From NCBI GenBank assembly GCA_964252035.1, contig OZ176203.1: a DNA stretch of 64,000 nucleotides. One strand, given 5' to 3'. Both the position numbers and the translations under genes were made by a program. Below, piece by piece: positions 50,701 through 59,978 of the stretch (position 1 is the first letter of the stretch; the number at the start of each line of letters is the position of its first letter). The notes under the pieces were generated by a model, which had not been told where the DNA came from, did not search any database, and saw only the letters and a program-made list of their open reading frames with translations. The DNA is from Podarcis erhardii. Lineage: Eukaryota.

Positions 50701-52009
50701 TACACCAAAGGTATAAGACTGCAATGAACAAGCAAGTTCTCTCCTCATAAATATGACCAATTCTGCTGACTCTCACAGAGAAAGAATCTGTGCCTGATGC
50801 ACATCCAATGTACAACCTCAACACCACTCCCAAACACTAGGCAAATTTAGGTCACTGACATTACAGGATTGAGCACTGTAAATGGAACACCTCAATGTCT
50901 AAAAACTACTTATTCACCTAATAAAAAAATGACATTGTTTATTTATCAGTCTGAGAGGAAAGATTTTTCCTCACCAAGCAAAATCTCAAAAGTTCATCTA
51001 GAAAAGTCCCATCTTAATACTGGTTGGATCACAACCCCCTGCTGCACTAGATGGCACACTTTTATGAACAGATTCCTCCAAAGAAAAAGTTCTTCGCCTT
51101 CTAAAATTTAGAAGGGCAATAATGTCTCAAAATGCATACGTATGGGGGGGTATATAAATTCAATAAATAATAATAACAATAAGACATCCAACATGTTAAA
51201 AACAAAAATCACCAACTCTTGCAGCATAACCACACACATGTTCCATCAGAAGGAAGTTCCACCAAGTTTAACAACATTTTAAGAAAACGTGCAGCCGTCA
51301 CAGTCCTAACTCATCCAAAATGTAAGTTTTTAATCACTTAGCTCCTCAGGGGCTGCAGAAGAAAACGCGTGCCCTGGAAAACGGACGAAGCATGCAGACA
51401 TGCAGCACAAAGCCTATGCACGTTTTATCTGGCAGCTAGGTCTCTTCTGCTCCGGCGGAGTTGCTCACCCCGAAGGGAGCGCGGGCACAGAGACAAAGCA
51501 CCCGGCGGCCCCGCTCTCCAAACAACATTACTCGTCCTGCACAAACTTCAGCGTGCGCCGCGGTCACCAACCGACTCACCTGCAGGGGGGAATCGCAAAC
51601 CACCAGAGTTCCCAAGAGACAAACGCAACTGCCAGCCACCAAGAGGAGACCAACCAGGGGCAGGGCTGACCCAGCAGGGCGCGCGCACGTGGGAACCATC
51701 CCTTGCCGCGGACACGTGTACGCCTCGCGGGCAGGGCCGAGCCTTTCGCTCTTCGGCCGGGAGCTTCCTCACCACCCCTTCCGCGCCGCCGCCCGGGCTG
51801 CTGGGCGGGAGTTAGGCCCGCTTTTACCTGGAGGGCGGCCTCATGTTGTGGCTCCGCAGCGCCGCCTCCTCCTCGTAGTTGAGCAGCTTCAGCTTCTCCA
51901 GAAGGTCCTCCATCATGACGAACATGTGGTAAACCGCGCCGGGGCCCCGCTCCACGGCCCCCGCCGCCGCCGCCGCGGCGTCGCCTTCCTCAGCGGCCGC
52001 CATGACCAT
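29419..52009 (-). CDS. IFT57: Intraflagellar transport protein 57 homolog (IFT-B subunit, HIPPI); 11 coding exons, 419 aa
   Basis: Manual splicing: complement(join(51828-52009, 45855-46017, 44432-44550, 40930-41020, 39800-39868, 38792-38911, 35938-36009, 33132-33263, 32770-32832, 30349-30415, 29419-29600)) = 1260 nt, one open frame, all introns GT-AG. The peptide matches vertebrate IFT57 as I recall it (ERGPGAVYHMFVMMEDLLEKLKLL, HYFALPINPGEQFYMFCTLAAWLI, DWRIHVDQMHQH, KLKEKSNMTRDMHA). Confidence 0.98.
30349..30415 (-). CDS. IFT57: IFT57 exon 10 (67 nt)
   Basis: cttaag| ITEELEKIKQEMEEKGSSMTDG(A) |gtaagc. Confidence 0.97.
30583..30720. mobile_element. hAT palindromic MITE (138 bp)
   Basis: TIRs CAGGCATAGGCAAACTC / GAGTTTGCCTATGCCTG, 8-bp TSD GGTTAAGA. 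Confidence 0.92.
31035..31187 (+). mobile_element. tRNA-head/CR1-tail SINE
   Basis: GGATAGCTCAG...GGTTCAATCCC head plus GGACTAGATGACCCTC CR1-like tail. Confidence 0.75.
31707..31940. mobile_element. Tigger-like MITE
   Basis: Same family as 5380-5616; TA TSD. Confidence 0.88.
32770..32832 (-). CDS. IFT57: IFT57 exon 9 (63 nt)
   Basis: tcacag| AKEKYQQGSGGVTERARVLSE |gtagaa. Confidence 0.97.
33132..33263 (-). CDS. IFT57: IFT57 exon 8 (132 nt)
   Basis: tgacag| GYLDKLHNEISRTLEKVSSREKYINNQLEHLVQEYRSAQALLSE |gtaaca. Confidence 0.97.
33863..33998. mobile_element. hAT palindromic MITE nested in the L1-like element
   Basis: TIRs CAGTGTTTCCCAACCTTGTGCCTCCAGCTGTTTTTG and its reverse complement; 8-bp TSD CATTAGTC. 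Confidence 0.93.
34056..34637 (-). pseudogene. Single ORF of the L1-like element (193 codons, TGA at codon 5)
   Basis: MDIG*KILADLDEVFFLLGKLQEQ...EQEKKFEKFEKEIYAEQEEQ...KKLAERN*; E/K-rich, coiled-coil-like. Confidence 0.55.
35938..36009 (-). CDS. IFT57: IFT57 exon 7 (72 nt)
   Basis: ttgcag| DWRIHVDQMHQHQDGIEYALKDTR |gtgagt. Confidence 0.97.
37330..37560 (-). mobile_element. Ancient L2-like relic
   Basis: CCCAAGGTTTTG...AGTTCAGTTTGGA pattern typical of antisense L2 ORF2; highly diverged. Confidence 0.4.
38600..38780 (-). mobile_element. MIR/Squam3-like SINE (old)
   Basis: TTTATATCCCACC tail; CCCCCACAACAAC...GGTCACCCAG core; CCAACCACTAC head. Confidence 0.65.
38792..38911 (-). CDS. IFT57: IFT57 exon 6 (120 nt)
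   Basis: tgatag| DMIESKQEEILESTVDAAEWNLEVERVLPQLKVTIRTDNK |gtgagt. Confidence 0.97.
39060..39200 (-). mobile_element. L2 3' end with (ATT)n tract
   Basis: (TTA)n followed by CCCACCCATCTGACTGGGTTGCCC...CCACTCTGGG. Confidence 0.7.
39800..39868 (-). CDS. IFT57: IFT57 exon 5 (69 nt)
   Basis: cttaag| EEETDNEENYIDLNVLKAQTYKS |gtaagt. Confidence 0.97.
39991..40130 (+). mobile_element. tRNA-head/CR1-tail SINE
   Basis: GGGATAGCTCAATCAGTACAGCATGAGAC head; TTCTGTGATTCTA tail. Confidence 0.7.
40930..41020 (-). CDS. IFT57: IFT57 exon 4 (91 nt)
   Basis: ttttag| ATYPTEELEEEAITEDDAELTLNKVEEVIA |gtaggt. Confidence 0.96.
41718..41746. repeat. (GT)n microsatellite
   Basis: Perfect GT run. Confidence 0.93.
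42852..43211 (-). mobile_element. Sauria-type SINE
   Basis: Full length; 11-bp TSD AAATTCAAGTA (42841-42851 and 43212-43222). Confidence 0.92.
44432..44550 (-). CDS. IFT57: IFT57 exon 3 (119 nt)
   Basis: ttttag| GRSVDFPPSKLKAGYGEQACYVLDCLAEEALKYTSFAWK(R) |gtatcc. Confidence 0.97.
45855..46017 (-). CDS. IFT57: IFT57 exon 2 (163 nt)
   Basis: aaacag|G CAC TAC TTT... HYFALPINPGEQFYMFCTLAAWLINKAGHPFEQPQEYDDPNATISSILSELRSF |gtaagt. Confidence 0.97.
46500..47140 (+). mobile_element. Probable RTE-clade LINE-derived fragment
   Basis: Contains TTTTCCTTCTCCTAGATGGGCTAC..CCCAGGCTGATGAGCCCCATCTG, which I recall from RTE-type 5' regions; boundaries approximate. Confidence 0.4.
47853..48078. mobile_element. 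Tigger-like MITE
   Basis: Same family as 5380-5616 in opposite orientation; TA TSD. Confidence 0.9.
48091..48329. mobile_element. Tigger-like MITE (different subfamily)
   Basis: TIRs TAGTGATACCTCGGTTC / GAACCGAGGTACCACTG. Confidence 0.8.
51828..52009 (-). CDS. IFT57: IFT57 exon 1 (coding part)
   Basis: MVMAAAEEGDAAAAAAGAVERGPGAVYHMFVMMEDLLEKLKLLNYEEEAALRSHNMRPPSR; donor AG|GTAAAA. A second in-frame ATG at 52003 is an alternative start. Confidence 0.96.
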
Positions 52010-52073
52010 CCCTCAGCCAGCCCGGAGTTGCCCAGCACAACAACACGCAAGCGGCGAGGCCGGCGGCGGTGGC

Positions 52074-52087
52074 GTAGCCGGGGAAAC
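52074..52087. promoter_or_regulatory. RFX X-box
   Basis: GTAGCC-GG-GGAAAC fits the GTNRCC-N(0-3)-RGNAAC X-box, 65 bp upstream of the IFT57 ATG; RFX control of IFT genes is established. Confidence 0.7.
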
Positions 52088-53669
52088 AAACCCCGCCCAT
52101 CCGAATACTCGCCCGCCAATCGCTTCTCCCCTGGTGCTTCGGACCCAATCGTTTCGTCGCCGCCTCATTGCGCGTGCGTAGAGCGGCACGGCGCTCCCCT
52201 CCCCCAGTCGCCTCGCGCGTACGTCTCCCTCCGCTTCGCCTCCTTTTACGTCTCGGCTGAGGTTCCCTCGTTGCCAGGGGTCGCGAAAGGGGCGTGTCCC
52301 CCGGAGGCGGAGTCACGCGCGTTCAGTCCGCTCCGCCGACTCCCTGCGGAAGGAGAGGGAGGCTGCGATGTCCGCGGCCAAAGGGCGGCGCCGAGGCGGA
52401 GGCAGGCAGGGGCGCCGTGGCATTAAAGTGGCCGAAGGAAGGAGCCGTTTCTTTTCTGTCACGGCGGAAGAGAACTGCTTAAGCCCTTTGCGCGTTTCTA
52501 ACGGCTGGAGACGTGTATACGCATCGCCGTAAAAAGAAGGAACGCATCAAACACAAACGAACCCCGCAAAAATTAAAAAAGGGGCGCACAGATTTGATGT
52601 GCGGGGTAGAAATAAAATTATTATTATTACTACTACTTATTATTTGCACGAGCTGCATTTTATTACCATATGCAGATTTAGAAGTCATGACTAATTTAAA
52701 TAGGTGTATTATATATTTCATTGTAATAGAGAGGTCCGCTGTCCAGGCAGGCACTCTTAGTGTGCAGCTTTCAGGGGCTCCTGCTCTCCTCCCTTCTTAT
52801 TATGCTTCTCTCCGCATTTGCTCTCCGTCTATGGAATGTTGCAACTGAAATGCCCTGTAGTTTTGAAGGGAGACTGACAGTTGAAATTAAAAGTTCAAGG
52901 TAGGTATTTTCTTATAACGCCTTTATGGGCACACTTAAACCATAGGAATATAATTTTACACGTTTTAGACTGCACTTAGACTGCACAGTGAGCTAGCCTG
53001 TAAGTTCCATTGAACAAAGTGGGACTCCTTTCTGAGTAAACTAGATTGCACTATTAAAAATAGTCTCGATTTGCGGACAAAAATGGAGATACATACATCA
53101 AAATCAAGGTTTCAACCCATGCTTTTTAGTGAATCTCAACAGTCAGTAGGCTAATACAATTCAATTGGCATTGGACTGAATACCACTCCGACACTACCAG
53201 CATTGTTGTAATAAATGTCAATTAAAAATGCTAGTTGTACATTTTTCTCATCATTAGTGTCAGCACCCAGAGAATTTTAGGAACTCTTCAGCCCAATTGA
53301 ATGCCATTCTCAATTCTAAACATAAATTTCCGTCTGTGACTTGGATGCACATTCTTTCTGCAGTTGACTTGTCGGAACATGACAGTGCAGGTTGGCATGG
53401 TGTCAAATGACTTGGTTCAGTTTCTTCATTGCTGGAAAATGATGGACCACATCCTCTGCCAAATTTCTTCCTGGCCAAGTCAGTGACATTTGTTGGCCAT
53501 CTGCATGTGATAGCTAAACTGGCAGATAGCAAACTTCTGACTGCCTTCAAGAATAGTGTTCTGTTGTCAAGTCTCCATGAGCAAAGGATGCTTATCGAAG
53601 GTCATATTATGAATACTGCTGAATACAAACTGTTCATAGGTTTTGTTTTACATAGGAACATATATATAT

Positions 53670-53822
53670 AGGAACTAATACTAAGTCAGACCATTGTTCC
53701 ATCTTGTTCTGACTGGCAGTGGCTCCCCAGGGTTTCAGACAGACATGTCTCCCAGCCCTGCCTGGAAATATTGGATACAACCTGCACACACAGCAGATGC
53801 TGTACCACTGAGCTAGGGCCCT
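53670..53822 (-). mobile_element. tRNA-derived SINE (degenerate)
   Basis: Reverse complement of the 764-957 family (GGGCCCTAGCTCAGTGGTACAGCATCTGC head). Confidence 0.6.
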
Positions 53823-56282
53823 TGTTAAGGATACAACTTTTCTCAAGAAAACTAATGGCTTAGGATGGCTGGTAGATGTTTCACTAATGGGAGCTAATTT
53901 TTGTAAGATGGCTTAATGATACAGAGTTTTCTCTGGAATCACCAGAGAAAACTGTAATGAATCCCCCAGCAGCCATTCAAACGGGGCTGAGATCTTTATC
54001 AGAGCCAAGAATAGTCTTCTTCCAATGCCAACCTGGGCAGAACTAACAGCTACAAACATCAGAAAGGAAAGTGAAACTAAATAAAAGTAGCTGCTTTGCC
54101 CCTATGGGATAATGTCAGCGCTATTAAACTGTTTAGTTAGGCTTAGAGAACATTCCCAGATGTCAAGGATACGTCAGGATGCAACAAAAGGCATCACTTT
54201 GGAGAAGGCGTCACCCACTCCAACTAAAGGAAAGTATCCGTGGTTCAGTTCAGGATAACAACAGAAGCAGTTTTCAAAGCAGAGCAAGCTAAAGTGTGAG
54301 AATAAACTGAAGGCACCTTGGGATGCAGGTACATCTCACATCCACACACTCATACAGGCAGATACACCTTTTTGTACACACTCCCCTCGTCCTTAGCTGT
54401 TTAGATCAGCTGGAGGGCACATCATCCCCTTAACACTCATTAAATGCTCAATCTAATGCACAGGGTTGCATTGCAGCCCTGGGCTCAGCCTACTCCAGTG
54501 CTCTGTGTACTTTACTTTTATTTAATTTCAACCTTTTCACTGCCACTGTTAAAACATGGTTGGGTCTTTCATGCCAGAAAGGTTTGCTTGGGGCATATTA
54601 GACCTCCAAACCACCCCTGTTCTACATACATATTTAGAAATAAATCAAATACTTCAAACATGTCTAAAGTCTCCAGCGATCTCCAAAAGGAAGTGAAGCC
54701 TTAGCACTGCTGCCCCTGGAACTTCTCCCAAATTTGGGAAAGTGGGAACTTTGGGGCAGAGGGGAGGCACAACATTTACTGATATTTCATCCCCTGTCCT
54801 GGGCAAACAAGAAACCAGGGCCAAATTGGACAAGACAATCTGAGATTTCTGATTTATTTGTTTTTTAAATGGTTGGGGCAGTGACTCGGGACGAGACCTT
54901 GACCATACCTTTTCCTCATGCTATTTTCCACTTCAAAATACTGCTCTCCAGCACTTGTATGTTTCCATATGTAGGTCAAGTAGCAGCAGCGGGGGCGGGC
55001 AATTTCGATTTGGAAAATGACATAGGGCAAAAGAGGTTTGAAAAACCCACCTCGCTTTGCGCTATGGCCTCCCGGGGCTGCTTTTAACTCAAAACAATTG
55101 ATGGTAGGAGATTCAGTCACAGATCTCTCACCATTTTGTCTAGTTGAGCCCTGAGAATGAGTATGTGATGCAACTGAAGCAAGGATGATGCAGCTGCCCC
55201 TCTCTTCCCCTTAATAATGTATTTTTAAAAGATAGAATGAAAAACATTATCAGAGCACCAACATTTAAGTGAAGAAACAGTTCTTCCTCTGCACCATCGC
55301 ATCCAGACGAATGGTTCTACTGGCAGGTTGCATTTGCAATTTGGGAAAGAAATGCACCATTTCTCTCTCTAAATATTTATATCTTTCTACATTGCCTTTT
55401 AAAGGCTGTAGGAAAGTAACAAGGCAATTGTCTGGAGACTATATGCTGCCTTGGTCTATTCTGGTAATGACAAAAGCAATTCACTGGAAGAAATGTGTGC
55501 CGCCACCATTACAAGCAAGATCAGCTCCTGGATCAAAACCCCAAGTACAAAAATTGAACAGCCCTTTTTCATGCAGAAATCCCTGAGGAAATGTACGTGC
55601 AAGCACATTAAAATTGCATGGCCCTCGGCTGAGTGACAGCAGCTTGTACAGCTGTTATTGGAACACAACTCTGGATACAACAGAAGCAATGGTTAAGCCG
55701 GGAAAACTGATAGCAGGCTGAATACACCTTAACTGCATTATACGTGTTGGCAATCGCTGCCACACACCTTGGGCCATACATATCGCAGCATTTCAGGCAT
55801 TCGGATAAAAGGAATGTAACTGGGGGTAGTGATACAGGAAGCACAGTGCATGGATTTTGGAAGGAATCCAATTTGCAAGGAATCCAACCGTGGACTTCCT
55901 GCTACAATGTCATAGGTAGGGCTATTCTATGTAGAGAGTAGTCAAAATATATGCAGAACTGCCTGACAGCCCTCTGTTGCAGCCATGTCTGTGGAATGAG
56001 TGTAGGTTGGAGCCCACCAAGCTGCCTCTGAATGGATGCTCATTCATAAAATAGCCCTGTTGGGTCAGGCCAAAGGCCAATCTAGTCCAACATCACAGGG
56101 CCCAACTGGAAGCCTTTAGCGATTCTCCAAGCAAGACCTGCTGTAGTTCACAGCTCTGAATAAGGCTGGTAGCTGTTGATACTTATCTGCCACAAATTTG
56201 TCCAATCCTCTTAAAGCCATCCATATTGGTGACCATCTAGTGGGAGTGAATTTCATAATGCAACTATGTGCCATGCGAAGTA

Positions 56283-56507
56283 CAGTGGTACCTTGGGTTA
56301 CATACGCTTCAGGTTACATACGCTTCAGGTTACAGACTCTGCTAACCCAGAAATAGTACCTCGGGTTAAGAACTTTGCTTCAGGATGAGAACAGAAATTG
56401 TGCTCTGGCGGCGTGGCAGCAGCAGGAGGCCCCATTAGCTAAAGTGGTGCTTCAGGTTAAGAACAGACCTCCGGAATGAATTAAGTACTTAACCCGAGGT
56501 ACCACTG
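56283..56507. mobile_element. Tigger-like MITE
   Basis: Same family as 5380-5616. Confidence 0.9.
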
Positions 56508-56599
56508 TTGTGCTTTGTTTTGTTTCTTCCAGCATTCAGTTTCATTGGATGTCCATGGGTTCTCAAATATTATGAGAGGGAGAATAATCGTCTGCGCTT

Positions 56600-57230
56600 C
56601 TGTTGTATTCTTCCCTACATTTTCTCCAGTCTGAAAAACCTGAAAGTCACGACTTTTCCCCATAGGGGAGTTCCTGCTCCAGATCCTTGATCATTTTGGT
56701 TGATCTTTCCCACACCGTTTCCAGCTCTACGGTATCTTTTTGAAGTAAGGCGACCAGAATTGACTGCAGCATTCCAAGTGTGGTCTCACCATAGATTTGT
56801 AAAATGATATTACCGGTTTTATTTTCAATCCCAAAGTAATATGGAATTCACCTTTCCACTGCTGCTTCCCACTGGGTCAACATCTTCATCAAGCTGTTAT
56901 CCACTGTGACCCCAATGGCCAGATTTTGGTCAGTTACCCCCACTTCAAACCCTATGGACATAGATGTGAAATTTGGGGTTGGTTTGTTTACCCACTGTGC
57001 ATCGCTTTAGACTTGTTTACATTGAGTTGCATTTGCCATTCCACTGCTTATCCACTTAGTTTGGAGAGAGCCTTTTGGAGCTCTTTGCGATCGGTTTGTT
57101 TCGACCACTGTGAATGATTCGGTATCTCTGGGAAATGTGGCTACCCCAGTGCTAACCCCTAGCTCTAAATCTAAATGAATAAGTTAAAAAGCACAGGTCT
57201 GGATACTAATCCTTGAGGGACTCCACTGAA
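56600..57230 (-). mobile_element. Old CR1/L3-like LINE fragment
   Basis: Antisense RT C-terminal remnants (ACCAGAATTGACTGCAGCATTCCAAGTGTGGTCTCACCATAG); many stops. Confidence 0.6.
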
Positions 57231-58217
57231 TGTGCAACTTAATTCACATTAATGTGTTTTAAATGTGCATCTCTTTACTCTACATTTTTCTTGGTGTTCA
57301 TCCTAATGTGCGTGCAGCAGAGCCTCTGTATCCTCCACTGGCAGATAGAAGGGCCACAGCTTAGCGGTAGAACATATGCTTTCCATACAGACAATCCTAG
57401 ATTTGATTCCTGGCAGGCTGGGCTCGAAGAGACCTGGAGGGCCACCGCCAGTTCATAAAACATTACTGTTCAATGGCCTGACTTGGTGTAAGGCACCTCT
57501 TATGTTCACATTGTATTTAATGCTTAGAATTAAGATGACCAGGAAAGTTCATTTCAAATAGGAATCTCTCACATGAAGAGGTGTGTGATAATTGCATGGA
57601 TCTAATGCCAAAACTAATATTACTCAAAATCCTCTATTACAACATTTTAAACAAAATTGGTTTAAATATATATTTATTTTTAAAAATATATCCCATGAGT
57701 TTTCCCCATACTTGTGCTTGCAAAGTTTGTTTCTTTTCCTTGTGCTGAACGCTGGCAATCTAGGTGTTTCTAAATGTAAAACAAACCCTAACAACATATA
57801 TAGTGCAATTTTTGAGAAAAATAAACTGTGGTTGAATTTTTTTGAATGCAACCTTCATCCTCCAACCTCTGCTGTATTTGCCAGATACTTTCTTTTTCTT
57901 TTTTGCCATTGATTTACAATGAACTTTTATAGCTCAAGCACAGCTGGCTGAAATTTTTCGGAACATGCAGTACAGAAGTTTTCAATTAAAATGTCCCTGG
58001 GGGTATGTCCTATAGTACTAGCTCTAACAGCTCTTACTTTGTATTTGAGTGAAATGATCAGATGGAACAACATCCCTTGAATGAAAACAGGCAGGGAACT
58101 TCTTCAGGAAGCAGAATGACATTTTGAAGCCATTGGGGGAAAACACATTGCTTTCCAATTGTCATAGACAAAAGAAAATGCAGTCAAACTTCAATCATCC
58201 TGATATAATAGAGACCG

Positions 58218-58349
58218 NNNNNNNNNNNNNNNNNNNNNNNNNNNNNNNNNNNNNNNNNNNNNNNNNNNNNNNNNNNNNNNNNNNNNNNNNNNNNNNNNNN
58301 NNNNNNNNNNNNNNNNNNNNNNNNNNNNNNNNNNNNNNNNNNNNNNNNN
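58218..58349. other. Assembly gap (132 N)
   Basis: Run of N. Confidence 1.
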
Positions 58350-59738
58350 CATTAATTATGTGGGATACTGAATATTAGATCATAGAATAGACTAATTGAA
58401 ATCAATAGACCTATATAGACCTATATATCAGTGCATGGCCAGTAACCTTGTGGTCAGGCCCTAGTCTACAGATTTCCCCTTGATTCTGGTAATTTGGTGG
58501 TATTATGCAACTTCCAGGTTCCCTTGAAGAAAAATCTTTATCAGAATAAGACAGATAACCCAGGCAGTACAGGTCACCAGTGCTCAGCCAAAGTTCAAAT
58601 CCAACTCTGATCTACTTTTGCAAAAAAATGTTTTCAGCTACCCTTTATACATTTACAAGGCACTATAGTGAGGCAGATTATTCTCTTGCCACAAGGACCC
58701 ATAATATAGGCCTGCCATACACCTGGAATTTCCTGGATATAGCCGGGATTCGTCTGCCAAAAATGGCGTCTGGGCAGAATTTTCAAAAAGTGGTTAAAAT
58801 GTCTGGCCATATCGGAAGTGTCAGAAGTGTCATTTTTTGCCCAATTTTCTTAAAAAATAGCTTAAAAACAACAACTTTTGTGTCTGGTGTAGATGAGTGA
58901 ACAACAATAATAACTACCTATACAGAGGAATAGCCATGATTGATTTATGTGCTTATTAGTCCCTTTGCATGAAGGAAGATTGGCGCAAGTTCATATAGAA
59001 CCTAGGAATTCCCTAGTCTTTTTGGAAGTAAACACCCATTTTAACTCCTAAACCCTTAACTGCTTTGTCAGTCATTAAGAGCAGCCTTCCCAAACTTGGT
59101 GTCTTCCATATTTTTTGGACTACAACTCCCGTGATCCCCAGACTATGACTATGGCTGATTTAAGTTGTAACTGAAGTCATCTGGATGACACCAGTTTTGG
59201 GAATGCTAGTTAAGAGAAATGAGTTTAAATCTTTGCCATTGTGTGGACATGTTGTCAGTGTGCAGTGTGCAACCCTGAAGTGACAGAGTACCAGTCGAGT
59301 GCTGGCTCATATTTCAATGCACAGCTTTAAAATCCCTCGTGGCCGTTAGATTATGCATTCAAGCTACTTTGTCTACTGTCAAGGAAGAATGGAACGCAGT
59401 GACAGAGGTACACTTTCCAAAATTAAAGACTCTTTTGTCACTCACTCTCCAAAGAATCCACTAATAGCCTGGAATCATTAGTACATAATTACTTCCTCAT
59501 GTCTTGTCAGAAGGCACGTCTGACTTATGTTTGACAAAGTGGGTGGAAGAGCATTGATGCTGTCACGGCAAATCTGGCAAAACCAAAGAGGCTTCCACAT
59601 CTTCGCCTTGGACCTAGTGGAAAGGATGGAGGCCTCCTTTTCCTTCTACTCTCTCCTCCAAACCCACCTTTTCTGTGGAGCATTCGGCACAACCACCTGC
59701 TCCCCTTGCCCTACTGTTACGAAACCTAAATACATATA

Positions 59739-59978
59739 CAGTCATACCGTGGAAGTTGAACAGAATCCATTCTGGAAGTCCGTTTGACTTCCGAAAACCA
59801 GTGCGGCTTCTGATTAGCTGCAGGAAGCTCCTGCAGCCAATCGGAAGCTGCGGAACCCCCATTGGACGTTCAGCTTACAAAAGAACGTTCGAAAACTGGA
59901 ACACTCACTTCCAGTTTTCGATCTTGCAGGAGCCAGAACGTTCGACTCCCAAGGCATCCAGGAGCCAAGGTACAACTG
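59739..59978. mobile_element. Tigger-like MITE (old)
   Basis: Degenerate TIRs CAGTCATACC / GGTACAACTG, TA flanks, internal CGGAAG repeats. Confidence 0.7.

Larger units (their letters stand above)
51380..52530. promoter_or_regulatory. CpG island / IFT57 promoter
   Basis: Sharp GC- and CpG-rich block spanning exon 1 and its upstream region; GC boxes (CCGCCC) near 52093 and 52110; CCAAT motifs near 52115 and 52144. Confidence 0.9.

Noticed and set aside
51461-52426. 321-aa plus-strand ORF and other long ORFs across the CpG island
   Set aside because: These are stop-poor GC-rich shadow frames antisense to IFT57 exon 1, with low-complexity R/P/A/G content and no recognisable domain.
53260-53671. 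Overlapping ORFs on both strands (96 and 80 aa) that look protein-like
   Set aside because: No recognisable family, no convincing flanking splice sites, and an in-frame stop in the extended plus frame.
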